From an uncultured Nitrospiraceae bacterium (GTDB lineage: Bacteria; Nitrospirota; Thermodesulfovibrionia; Thermodesulfovibrionales; Dissulfurispiraceae), in NCBI GenBank assembly GCA_963705105.1, contig CAVPIW010000006.1, positions 352,001 to 416,000 on the forward strand: a stretch of DNA of 64,000 nucleotides, given 5' to 3'. The translations under genes were made by a program, and so were the position numbers. The notes below the pieces were generated by a model. That model did no database searches. It saw only the letters and a list, made by a program, of their open reading frames with translations, and was not told where the DNA came from. Shown here one piece after another: positions 41,228 to 50,229 of the stretch; within the stretch, counting starts at the first letter, position 1; every line of letters starts with the position of its first letter.

Positions 41228-41928
41228 TCCTTTATGCCACCTTTCTTCGCTTTTTCCGCGGCTTTTTTTCTGATCATTTCCATCTTCTCCAAGAAGGCAT
41301 TTTTTGTCCGCCGCTCTTCCTCGTCCTTCGGTTCGAACACGGGGTTCGTCACCCTCCAGGTGATCCGCGCACTGACCGGACCCTCAGGGTATGCCCCCAC
41401 GTCGTACAATGAATAGTCATCAAAAGGGGTGGCGGTCTCCTGGTAGCAGGACCAGACGGCCTTCCGGAGGATGTCGGGAGTTCCTTTGTTCAGGAGGTCC
41501 ACGACCTGCAGGATCTGATGCCGGAATCTCTCGACAAACTCCTCCGGCAGGTTGAAGAGATAGGGAGTCGGCGCAGAGGTTCCGACTATTTTTTTCCTTT
41601 TATCGATACCGTTTTTGACGAGGGAGATGATGGCCTCGCCCGTCGAGTGCCCCGGCGATTCCGGGCCTGTCACGATGAGATAACGGATGTTGGGGTTGCC
41701 GATGATGTTGCAGATCATCTTTTCGACGCCTATGTTTTCCGTCTGTATCGTGCCCGAAAGGGCCGCCCCCGATTCCACGCCCACCCTGACAAGCTCCTCG
41801 ATATCCTTCGGGATTTTGTCGTAGTCATAGATGAGCACGACGGCGACGGCGACGGGCGAAAAGTCGTTTCCTCTAAGATAATGGCCTTCTTCGGGGGGAT
41901 AGTCTGCGACCGGTTCGATTTTGAGCAT
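41224..41928 (-). CDS. MtrA/MtxA-like corrinoid-binding protein
   Basis: YPP.EG.Y..G...SPVAV, TENIG.EK...N...NPNIRYL...G.E..GH.TG, I.G...P.P.L.NL....VERFR.Q. Confidence 0.85.
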   Translation of the reverse strand: MLKIEPVADYPPEEGHYLRGNDFSPVAVAVVLIYDYDKIPKDIEELVRVGVESGAALSGTIQTENIGVEKMICNIIGNPNIRYLIVTGPESPGHSTGEAIISLVKNGIDKRKKIVGTSAPTPYLFNLPEEFVERFRHQILQVVDLLNKGTPDILRKAVWSCYQETATPFDDYSLYDVGAYPEGPVSARITWRVTNPVFEPKDEEERRTKNAFLEKMEMIRKKAAEKAKKGGIKE

Positions 41929-41943
41929 TATTTCCTCCCTCTG

Positions 41944-43020
41944 TCACAGGGGTTTTGAATTGCTTACCCGGCAATACTGAATAGTGAAGTATTTTTTCTG
42001 GAAATAAAGCGCCACGTTGACGAGGCCGATCAGGACCGGCACCTCCACGAGGGGTCCGATGACGGCTGCGAAGGCCGCCCCGGAATGGATGCCGAACACG
42101 GCCACGGCGACGGCGATGGCGAGCTCGAAGTTGTTGCTTGCCGCTGTGAAGGAGAGGGTGGCCGATTTTTCGTAATCCGTCTTCAGCTTGTAACTCATAT
42201 AGAAGGAGACGAGGAACATGACGACGAAATAGATGAGAAGAGGTATGGCGATGCGAACGACATCCAGTGGCAGCTTTACGATGTAGTTGCCCTTGAGGGA
42301 AAACATGACGACGATCGTGAAAAGGAGGAAGAGGAGCGTCAGAGGGCTGATCCTGGGAATGAAGACCCGGTCGTACCACTGACGGTCTTTGATCCGGATG
42401 AGGCTGAAACGGGTGATCATGCCCGCGATGAAGGGGATGCCGAGATAGATGAAGACGCTCTCGGCGATCTGGCCTATGGTGATATTGACAATCGTCCCCT
42501 TGAGTCCGAACCAGGAGGGCAGGACGGTGATGAATATATAGGCGTAGACGGAATAGAAGAGCACCTGGAATATGGAGTTGAAGGCGACGAGCCCCGCCGC
42601 GTATTCGGGGTCTCCGCAGGCAAGGTCGTTCCAGACGATGACCATGGCGATGCAACGCGCCAGACCGATCATGATGAGACCTACCATATACTCGGGGTGA
42701 TCGGGCAGGAAGACGACGGCGAGAATAAACATCAATATCGGCCCGATGACCCAGTTCTGGAGCAGGGACAGTCCGAGCACCTTCTTGTTCCTGAAGACTT
42801 CACCCAGCTCCTCGTACTTCACCTTGGCGAGGGGCGGGTACATCATGAGGATCAGGCCGAGCGCGATGGGGATGTTCGTCGTGCCCACCTGAAAGCGGTT
42901 CCAGAAGTCGGCGATCTGGGGATAGAGGTATCCCGAGCCGACGCCGACGGCCATGGCGAGAAATATCCAAAGCGTGAGAAACCTGTCGAGGAAGGAGAGT
43001 CTCTTAACTGTTGCCGCCAT
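41944..43020 (-). CDS. acr3: ACR3-family arsenite/antimonite efflux transporter
   Basis: [44 protein letters not shown]. Confidence 0.96.
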   Translation of the reverse strand: MAATVKRLSFLDRFLTLWIFLAMAVGVGSGYLYPQIADFWNRFQVGTTNIPIALGLILMMYPPLAKVKYEELGEVFRNKKVLGLSLLQNWVIGPILMFILAVVFLPDHPEYMVGLIMIGLARCIAMVIVWNDLACGDPEYAAGLVAFNSIFQVLFYSVYAYIFITVLPSWFGLKGTIVNITIGQIAESVFIYLGIPFIAGMITRFSLIRIKDRQWYDRVFIPRISPLTLLFLLFTIVVMFSLKGNYIVKLPLDVVRIAIPLLIYFVVMFLVSFYMSYKLKTDYEKSATLSFTAASNNFELAIAVAVAVFGIHSGAAFAAVIGPLVEVPVLIGLVNVALYFQKKYFTIQYCRVSNSKPL

Positions 43021-43429
43021 TTGTTGCGCTCCTTTGCACACTGTTCTTAGAACAGGAACCGACGTTATCGACAGATTGAGATGGCGCCGCGCAGACCTTC
43101 CCTTGCGGTTTGCTCATGATGAACCCACGCAGTCTTTCGTTGTCTTTCAGGATAACGTCGCCGGCGAGGCGTTCAAGGACAGAAAGCATGAGGAACCTCT
43201 TGAAGAGATCCGATTCGTCAATGCGGTAGTGGATCCACCTTCCCTGTTTCCTATCTATGATGAGACCCGCATCTTTGAGAACACTCAGATGAAAGGATAC
43301 TTTCGGCTGCACCAGGTCGAGGGCGGTGAATATGTCACAGACACAGAGCTCCCCGCATTCAAGCAGCTTGAGGATTCTCAGGCGCGTCTCGTCCGAGAGG
43401 GCCTTCAGTATGCTCAGTACCTGCTGCAT
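43004..43429 (-). CDS. arsR: ArsR/SmtB repressor
   Basis: [18 protein letters not shown] As(III)-binding motif, S.HL..LK.AG. Confidence 0.93.
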   Translation of the reverse strand: MQQVLSILKALSDETRLRILKLLECGELCVCDIFTALDLVQPKVSFHLSVLKDAGLIIDRKQGRWIHYRIDESDLFKRFLMLSVLERLAGDVILKDNERLRGFIMSKPQGKVCAAPSQSVDNVGSCSKNSVQRSATNGGNS

Positions 43430-43433
43430 GACC

Positions 43434-43673
43434 TCAGGCCTCGGATTGAATGAGGGTTTTCACCTTCTCGATGGTCGGAAGGGGCTTGCCGCTGTGTTTC
43501 AGCTTTCCGTTCACCACGAGTCCCGGCGTCGACATGGTGTACTTCATGATTTCTTTGAGGTCCGTTATCTTTTCGATATTCGCGTCGATGCCGAGGTCTT
43601 TGACGGCTTGGAGGGCTAATTCCTCCATCTTGTGGCAGTTTGCGCATCCAGGTCCCAAAACCTTGATTTCCAT
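43434..43673 (-). CDS. Small redox-active disulfide protein (Thioredoxin_3/MTH895 type)
   Basis: IKVLGPGCANC, STPGLVVNG. Confidence 0.9.
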   Translation of the reverse strand: MEIKVLGPGCANCHKMEELALQAVKDLGIDANIEKITDLKEIMKYTMSTPGLVVNGKLKHSGKPLPTIEKVKTLIQSEA

Positions 43674-43768
43674 ATTAATTTCCTCCTGATTTCATCCGTG
43701 TCCAACATAATGTGATGCGAGGTCTTCGAGGTCTTACCGGTTCATTCGGATCAATCCCGGGTCCTGAT

Positions 43769-44719
43769 CTACAGTATAGCGTTGAACAGATATCCCACAG
43801 ATATGATCGTGATGGTCATGATACCGACAAAGACGGCCAGAAGGGGCACCTTCAGCACCTTTCTCAGGATGATCATCTCCGGGAGTGAAAGGGCCGTCAC
43901 TGCCATCATGAAGGCCAGGACCGTCCCCATGCTCATGCCTTTTCCCATGAGGGCGTACACGATGGGGATCACTCCTGCCGCGTTCGAGTAGAGCGGCACG
44001 CCGAGGGCAACCGCAATAGGCACGGCAAAGGGATTCTGCGGTCCCGCGTAGCGGGTCAGGAAATCCTGGGGCACATAGCCGTGGATGAAGCCCCCGATGC
44101 CGATGGCGATGACGATGAAGAGCCAGACCCGCTTGAGGATATCGGCGGTATTCAGCTTTGCATACTCGATCCTCTCACGGAAGGCCGGTTTCTCGATTTC
44201 CTGTTCCTGTCCCGATTTGAATTCATAGACGTATTCCTCGACCCACTTTTCGAGTTTGAGCTTGCCGATGACGAAGCCCCCGAAAACGGCGACGAGGAGG
44301 CCGGTGCCGATATAGATGGCAGTGACCTTCCACCCGAAGAGCCCCCAGAGGAGCACAATGGCCACCTCATTCACCATCGGAGAGGATATGAGGAATGACA
44401 GCGTCACGCCGAGGGGAACACCCGCCTCGACAAACCCGATGAAGAGGGGGACTGCCGAGCAGGAACAGAAAGGGGTGACGATGCCAAGCAGGGCAGCGAG
44501 GATGTTACCGATAAACTGTTTTTTATGAGAGAGGATCTTTTTCGTCCTCTCCGGGGGGAAATAGCTCCTGATTATGGAGACGCAGAATATGATGACCGAC
44601 AGGAGAAGGAAAATCTTCAGGGTGTCATAGATGAAGAAATCAAGGGCATCTCCGAGGGGTGAGCCCTTTTGAAGGTTCAGGAGGTCGAAGGTGACATAGG
44701 CTGCGAATTCTTTCAGCAC
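43769..44719 (-). CDS. arsP: ArsP-family (DUF318) organoarsenical permease
   Basis: TPFCSCS.VP, SP.VNE, GVPLY, LSLPE. Confidence 0.88.
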   Translation of the reverse strand: MLKEFAAYVTFDLLNLQKGSPLGDALDFFIYDTLKIFLLLSVIIFCVSIIRSYFPPERTKKILSHKKQFIGNILAALLGIVTPFCSCSAVPLFIGFVEAGVPLGVTLSFLISSPMVNEVAIVLLWGLFGWKVTAIYIGTGLLVAVFGGFVIGKLKLEKWVEEYVYEFKSGQEQEIEKPAFRERIEYAKLNTADILKRVWLFIVIAIGIGGFIHGYVPQDFLTRYAGPQNPFAVPIAVALGVPLYSNAAGVIPIVYALMGKGMSMGTVLAFMMAVTALSLPEMIILRKVLKVPLLAVFVGIMTITIISVGYLFNAIL

Positions 44720-44735
44720 GCAGGCAACTCCTAAA

Positions 44736-44782
44736 ATATAAAATCTTGTTTATATATTAAGGCATCTCATTCCTGATGTCAA
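44736..44782 (-). promoter_or_regulatory. Sigma70 promoter of the ars cluster with a palindromic candidate ArsR operator
   Basis: Minus strand TTGACA-17-TAATAT; perfect ATATAAA-N6-TTTATAT at 44736-44755 overlapping -10/+1. Confidence 0.7.
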
Positions 44783-44799
44783 GTGCCGACGGTGAAGAT

Positions 44800-45002
44800 A
44801 CCCAACAGTTGCATGAAAAGGCGGGGCGAAGCGCCTCAAAGCCTTGGTGAAGGCGACGATGAGCATTATCAGGTTTGTTTTCAGGAATACGCTCGGTATG
44901 CATTCGACCATCGGTTTGAACCGTCGTCTTCTGTAACGGTTATGGTGTCGCCGCACCAAGGTTTTCGGCGCATACACCCCGCCTTTTCTGAGTGCGCATT
45001 GC
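44800..45002 (-). repeat. Repeat family 1, copy 6 (subtype A2)
   Basis: Both arms carry CCTTGGTG/CACCAAGG instead of CCTTGCTG/CAGCAAGG. Confidence 0.93.
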
Positions 45003-45028
45003 CGGGGACGTCATTTACGATGTGACAA

Positions 45029-46006
45029 TTACAGAAAGTACTGTGAAATGTACCGAAAAGCGAGATAGACGATTATGCACCCGAGGACGAGCTTTATATA
45101 CCGCTGCGGTATGAACTTCTGGCAGCGGGCGCCGAGGTATATGCCGACGGTGCCGCCGATGCCGAAGAGAAATCCCAGGAGCCAGTCAGGGCTTGTCGCC
45201 ATGCCTGCCTTGGCGGGGATGACGCTGTAGAAGAACACCCCGGCGATGGATGTGATGAAGGTGCCCATGAGGGCGGCGCCGGCGATCGTGTAAACGGGCA
45301 GGTGAAAGACGGCGACGCAGAAGGGCGCTATGATCGCCCCTCCGCCGATGCCGTATGTCCCGCCGATGATGCCCACGACAAAGGCGAGAATGAACATGCC
45401 GATGGTGCTGTAGGAGAACCGCTCGCCCCAGAACTCATACTCGATCCTCGTGAGGGACCACGAGACCGTCTTCACAAGCGCCTCGGGCGGCAACCCTGAC
45501 GCCACCCGCGAGTTTTGCTGAGCTTTAATCTCGTCGGCCCGCTCTTTGAACTTCTTTTCAAGCGCCTTGTTCGCCTGGTTCTGGGCCCGCGCTTTCCCCG
45601 TGAATTCATAGAGGAGCCTGATGCCGATGTAGAGGAGGACGGAGCCGACGAAGAACTTGAACGTCCTGGGGTCGGGCAGATAGGTCACCCTGAGCCAATA
45701 GCCGATGAAGACGCCGGGCAGTGTGCCGACGATCACGACCCATGTGAGCGGCCAGGCCATGCGGCCTTCCTTGAGATAGCGGTAAACGCCGCTCGGGATG
45801 GCAACGATATTGAAGATGAAGTTAGTGCCGCTGACCGATGGACTCGTGTAATTCAGATAGCTCACCTGGAACGGCAGAAGAAGGAAAGCTCCCGACACGC
45901 CGCCCATGGAGGTGAAAAATGACACGACCATCGCCACAAGAGGGGGGATGAGGACGCTCGTCGTTACTCCGGACACGGGGAAGGCATAGGTCAGAAAATC
46001 AAACAT
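45029..46006 (-). CDS. TSUP (TauE/SafE) family transporter
   Basis: GGVSGAFLLLP and GIGGGAIIAP duplicated motifs, many TM helices. Confidence 0.88.
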   Translation of the reverse strand: MFDFLTYAFPVSGVTTSVLIPPLVAMVVSFFTSMGGVSGAFLLLPFQVSYLNYTSPSVSGTNFIFNIVAIPSGVYRYLKEGRMAWPLTWVVIVGTLPGVFIGYWLRVTYLPDPRTFKFFVGSVLLYIGIRLLYEFTGKARAQNQANKALEKKFKERADEIKAQQNSRVASGLPPEALVKTVSWSLTRIEYEFWGERFSYSTIGMFILAFVVGIIGGTYGIGGGAIIAPFCVAVFHLPVYTIAGAALMGTFITSIAGVFFYSVIPAKAGMATSPDWLLGFLFGIGGTVGIYLGARCQKFIPQRYIKLVLGCIIVYLAFRYISQYFL

Positions 46007-46061
46007 GGTATCCTCCTTTTGCTGACGCCAGCACGGTCACAGAAGCGTTGACATCTTGATA

Positions 46062-46087
46062 ATCACGATTATAAAATAAATCGTGAT
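46062..46087. promoter_or_regulatory. Candidate TunR operator upstream of the TSUP gene
   Basis: Perfect ATCACGATT-N8-AATCGTGAT palindrome between divergent TSUP and tunR. Confidence 0.65.
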
Positions 46088-46233
46088 AGTTCATTATATC
46101 AGCGGTCTGGCGCGATGTCAAGATTTCTCGTCCCCGTATTGCATTCGGTGAAACTTGTATGCACAATTACAGGAAGGATCATTGGTGTCCAAAATAATGT
46201 GTCACGAGGACAGGGCATGATTTCTTCGCATAA

Positions 46234-46450
46234 TAAACCCTTATCACCGCAATGAGATCTCAGGAAAGACGGGGCGAATGCGCCGAAAAGCATCGGTGCT
46301 GCGAAACCGCTGCCTTCCCGTACAGACCATTGCAGACCAACGATCGATGACAGGTCGAATGAATTCCTCATACACCAATAATAAACAATCATGCTCGCTA
46401 TCAGCGAGGCTTTGAGGCGTTTTGCACCGTCTTTTCGTGCAAGGCAACCG
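46234..46450 (+). repeat. Repeat family 1, copy 7 (diverged subtype A)
   Basis: AAAGACGGGGCGAATGCGCCGAAAA..CAGCGAGGCTTTGAGGCG..CCGTCTTTTC with a compensatory change. Confidence 0.8.
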
Positions 46451-46556
46451 TGAATTATGCTTCAGAAACCAGACCCTATCCTCGTTTTCAAAGTCTGACT
46501 GCAAAATATTTCGGACAGGGGCGGGGAAGGATATAGCCGGATTTGAGGCAGGATAG

Positions 46557-47606
46557 ATGAAGCGCCAACATAGGACGGATCTGCCGGATAACGCGCGGTG
46601 TCTGGACGCCGGCGAGCTGAGAACGCTGGAACAGTCATTCCGGGAATGGGCTGAAGCGAGTCCCCGCCGGGACGTCCTCCTGTCACGGAAGCGCACATTG
46701 CTCATTTTCCTCCTGATCCGTCACACCGGGGCGAAGCTGAATGAGGTGTTGTCTCTCAACCCGCTCCGCGACATAGACCATAAGCGCTTCTGCATCTTCT
46801 TCGGCACACCGGATGACACCACGGGCGAGCAACGCGCACGAGAAGTCCCCATATCCCGTTCGTTTTCCTCCGAGATCCGCTCAATGCTCGATGACGGTGC
46901 TTTCAGAGAGACTGTAAAGGACGGGCTGGACACAGACCCCGGTTTTATCAGGCTGAAATTTTACGAGCGCGCGCAGGCCTGCGGATTCCCCAAGCGTTTG
47001 GGGGGGCCTGAAATGATCCGCAAGGCCCGGGCTGTGGAGTTGGCGGAGAACAACATGCCTTTACCGGCGGTGCAGATGCTGCTGGGTCATTCGACGCCCG
47101 GTTTGACGTCTTCCTATGTTACATTCTCCGAAGCCGAGATCACGCAGGTAACGCGACATTTCATAGAAAAGGAGTCCTCCCGGCGAACGAGCGCGCGAAA
47201 CTCCTTTTTCGGAAAAGTACAATCAATACAGCAGGGCGACATACAGACACGAGTCGTTCTTTCTACCGTCGAAGGTCACCGGGTAACCACCGTAATTACC
47301 AATGACAGTGTTCAGCGGCTCGGCCTGAGGGTGGGAAAGCTGATGACCGCTGAGGTGAAGGCCCCCTGGGTCATCCTGCAGAAAAGCGACAGCAGACCCC
47401 TGTGCACCGCGGAAAACGTGTTCAGCGGCGTTGTTGAACGGGTGACCAGGGGTGAAGTCAACACGGAGTACGTTGTCAGAATCTCCGACGGAACAAGGCT
47501 CTGTTCTGTTGTCGGCACCGAAAGTGCCCGGAGCGTGGACCTCGACAAGGGTGATACCGCCTGGGCATTGTTCAACTGCCATGCCGTCGTCCTTCATGTG
47601 GATTAA
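46557..47606 (+). CDS. tunR: TunR-family regulator: XerC/D-like domain plus tandem TOBE (Mo/W oxyanion sensing)
   Basis: TGAKLNE, EMIRK, LLGH..Y recombinase remnant; TSARN and AEN TOBE repeats; divergent TSUP gene. Confidence 0.8.
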   Translation: MKRQHRTDLPDNARCLDAGELRTLEQSFREWAEASPRRDVLLSRKRTLLIFLLIRHTGAKLNEVLSLNPLRDIDHKRFCIFFGTPDDTTGEQRAREVPISRSFSSEIRSMLDDGAFRETVKDGLDTDPGFIRLKFYERAQACGFPKRLGGPEMIRKARAVELAENNMPLPAVQMLLGHSTPGLTSSYVTFSEAEITQVTRHFIEKESSRRTSARNSFFGKVQSIQQGDIQTRVVLSTVEGHRVTTVITNDSVQRLGLRVGKLMTAEVKAPWVILQKSDSRPLCTAENVFSGVVERVTRGEVNTEYVVRISDGTRLCSVVGTESARSVDLDKGDTAWALFNCHAVVLHVD

Positions 47607-47807
47607 CCGTGCAGTTGCACAGAAAGGCGGGGCGAAGCGCTCTGAAAGACAGTGTGAGTGTCAGTGTGAGTGCCGGGGAAAAGGCTCACTTTTTTCGACC
47701 ATTGGCTTGAAAGGTTGTCTTCAGTGAAGGGGAAGGTGTCGCCGCATCAAGGTTTTCGGCGCATACACCCCGCCTTACCGGAGACCCTATTGCAACGATA
47801 AGGTTAA
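47604..47807 (-). repeat. Repeat family 1, copy 8 (subtype B)
   Basis: CAGTGTGAGTGTCAGTGTGAGTG hexamers plus conserved arms. Confidence 0.93.
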
Positions 47808-47844
47808 CACTGTGGTATCAGGTCAACGCTCTCCTGATAAAAAC

Positions 47845-49020
47845 ATGCCGGATGATCGCCCGGGACGGGACGCCCCGTCTCTGCCAGACCTATTTGCCTG
47901 TTTTGTCCGGCTCGGGCTGACCGCCTTCGGCGGCCCCGCCATGCTGGCAAACATCAGGCAGGTCGTTGTTCAAAAACATAGCTGGATCGAAGAGCCATCT
48001 TTTCAGCGGGGCGTGGCCCTCTGTCAATTGATTCCCGGTGCGACGGTCATGCAGATGGCCGCATACGTCGGCTTTCAGCTCGCCGGGATCCGGGGCGCCC
48101 TTACGGCATTTGCCGGTTTTGGCCTCCCCGCTTTCCTCCTGATGCTTCTCCTGTCTGCTCTCTACGTATCGGCGCGGGATCTCTGGTGGAGCATTTCACT
48201 CTTTAAGGGGCTCCAGGTCCTTGTCGTCGCCATCGTCGCCCATGCAGCATGGCTGTTCGGCAACAGTATCGTGAAAGGCGCCGGGGCAGGTGTCATAGCC
48301 GTATGTTCCTCTCTGCTGCTCGGCGCGGGGCTGAATCCGTTCACAGTGATTCTGCTGTCCGCGGGCGCCGGCATGTTGTTGTTCCGCTATCAGGTTTCAT
48401 CGGGATCGCCACCGCCGGGTGCCTTGTCAGCCCGGACCCGGTCAGGGACTCTCATCCTCATTGCGCCGTTTGTATGGGCGGGACTCCTCTATCTGTTCAG
48501 CGACGAGTTTTGCCGTCTTGCCATGCTCATGATGAAGATCGACCTGTTCGCATTCGGCGGGGGCTTCGGTTCACTGCCGCTGATGTACCATGAGGTGGTC
48601 GAGGTCAGAGGGTGGCTGGACGGCAAGACGCTGATGGACGGCATCGCTCTCGGCCAGATGACCCCCGGACCTATCGTCATCACCGCCACTTTTGTCGGAT
48701 ACATATTGCACCAAACAGCCGGAGCCGCCGTTGCAACGGTGAGCGTGTTCCTGCCCTCCTTCGTCATCGTTGTCTTTGCTGCTCCCTTCTTCGACCGGAT
48801 CAGCTCTTCGGCGACCGTCCAGAGGGCATTGAGAGGGATCCTCGCATCTTTCGTCGGGCTCCTCGTCTTCGTGACGCTGAAGTTCACGGGAGCCGTCATG
48901 TGGGATATTGCAGGGGTTTTTCTTCTGGTTGCAGCTCTCATAGCGCTCGTACGGAAAGTCGATTTGCTGCTCATCATCACCATAGGTGCCTGTCTGTCGG
49001 TTGTCCTGTTCAGGCGTTGA
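47845..49020 (+). CDS. chrA: Chromate efflux transporter (long-chain CHR); alternative GTG start at 47812
   Basis: Duplicated AFGG and Q..PG motifs. Confidence 0.9.
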   Translation: MPDDRPGRDAPSLPDLFACFVRLGLTAFGGPAMLANIRQVVVQKHSWIEEPSFQRGVALCQLIPGATVMQMAAYVGFQLAGIRGALTAFAGFGLPAFLLMLLLSALYVSARDLWWSISLFKGLQVLVVAIVAHAAWLFGNSIVKGAGAGVIAVCSSLLLGAGLNPFTVILLSAGAGMLLFRYQVSSGSPPPGALSARTRSGTLILIAPFVWAGLLYLFSDEFCRLAMLMMKIDLFAFGGGFGSLPLMYHEVVEVRGWLDGKTLMDGIALGQMTPGPIVITATFVGYILHQTAGAAVATVSVFLPSFVIVVFAAPFFDRISSSATVQRALRGILASFVGLLVFVTLKFTGAVMWDIAGVFLLVAALIALVRKVDLLLIITIGACLSVVLFRR

Positions 49021-49048
49021 CAGCCTGCGGCTATCGGCGTGATGAATG

Positions 49049-49229
49049 AACCTTATCGTTGAAATATGCCCGCAGGAAGGGCTGGGTGTATGCGCCGAAA
49101 ACCTTGCTGCGGCGACACCTGTATCGTGACATGGGGGAATTGGACATCTTTTCCGACACTGACACTGACACTCACACGGGCACTGTTTTCAGAGTGCGTC
49201 GCCCCGCCCTTGTATGCAACTGAAAGGTG
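49049..49229 (+). repeat. Repeat family 1, copy 9 (subtype B)
   Basis: AACCTTATCGTTG..CCTTGCTGCGGCGACACCTGTATC..(ACACTG)n..TGCAAC. Confidence 0.92.
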
Positions 49230-49268
49230 ATCTGACAATAGAAAATGTGGATTTAAAAGGAGGAACGG

Positions 49269-49430
49269 ATGTGCTCATGTGAAATACTCATTACCTGGAG
49301 CGATGAGGCTCAGGCCTATGTCGCCGAGGTGCCCGGCCTTCCGGGCTGCTTTGCCTTCGGAGACTCTCCGGACGAGGCCCGGGAGAATTGCCAGGAAGAG
49401 ATGGCGGCGAGGTTTTATTGGGGAGGGTAG
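49269..49430 (+). pseudogene. Truncated HicB-like antitoxin
   Basis: EILITWSDE...YVAEVP.LPGC.A.G....EA; paralog of 55159-55371. Confidence 0.7.
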
Positions 49431-49454
49431 ACCTGGCTGTTACCCGTCGCCAGG

Positions 49455-49580
49455 GCCGAAAAGGGGCACATCATGAGGGTGCTGACAGCCGCAAAAGGCA
49501 ACAGGACGAGGTCCGCCGAAATGCTTGGCATCAGCAGGAAGACCCTCTGGGAAAAGATGACGGCCTACGGGATCGAATAG
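49455..49580 (+). pseudogene. Orphan Fis-type HTH (C-terminus of a sigma54 activator)
   Basis: AEKGHIMRVL...KGNRTRSAEMLGISRKTLWEKM. Confidence 0.7.
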
Positions 49581-49692
49581 GAATAGGCAGAAAAGCAGCG
49601 CAGATAGCACGTGTGACAGGTGAACCATTCTACGCTTTGTCATTCCGACAACTTTTCCTGTGGTAAAATGAAACATCCGGTGAGGAGAGTGT

Positions 49693-49914
49693 ATGGTGAC
49701 TTTTGACAGGATTACATTTGATCCGGGAATCATGGGAGGCAGGGCCTGCATTAGAGGAATGCGTATTCCTGTCTCGGTTATTGTCGGACAGATCGCTCAC
49801 GGGGCGACTGTAGAGGAGATTTTGGGGGACTATCCGGACATTGAGCCTGACGACATCCGCCAGGCCCTCGAATATGCAGCCTGGCTCGCCCAGGAAGAAG
49901 TCTATTCGGCGTAA
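49693..49914 (+). CDS. DUF433 antitoxin; PIN toxin partner absent
   Basis: RITFDP.IMGG..CIRG.RIPV, EEIL.DYP....DI..AL.YAA. Confidence 0.88.
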   Translation: MVTFDRITFDPGIMGGRACIRGMRIPVSVIVGQIAHGATVEEILGDYPDIEPDDIRQALEYAAWLAQEEVYSA

Positions 49915-49915
49915 T

Positions 49916-50191
49916 GGGCCATAAGGTCTTCATACACAAAGAAGACGGCACGGACTCCGTTCAATACTTTAAACTCGAAGACGGCGCAGTCATGCTGGAG
50001 CCGGACGTAAGGAAGTACTTCCCCACTTCTGACGCGGTTAATAAGGCCCTCAGATTATTGATCGAGATTGTTCCGGCAAGGAAGCGTGTATCCGGCCATC
50101 GGAAATGACACGATCATTTATGCACCGGAGCGACATGAATCTGCTCCTGAGCGTATCGGGAAACTTAATTCGCAATTCAAGACCTGGCACC
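49916..50191 (+). repeat. ~275 bp direct repeat, copy 1 (3' half of a BrnA-like antitoxin plus downstream DNA)
   Basis: Near-identical to 55604-55888 apart from one indel. Confidence 0.92.
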
Positions 50192-50229
50192 TTGTGCCCC
50201 TTTTTTGCAAGTGAAGGGGGGTTAACTTC

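Noticed and set aside
41224..41928. hgcA or evidence of methanogenesis
   Set aside because: No N(V/I)WCA cap helix, TM domain or hgcB, and no other mtr/mcr genes.
33589..43673. Selenocysteine read-through in the small redox proteins
   Set aside because: The redox motifs I inspected use Cys or Ser codons; no in-frame TGA at motif positions.
46557..47606. Phage integrase marking an island boundary
   Set aside because: Catalytic residues are degenerate and TOBE domains are fused, which fits a TunR regulator.
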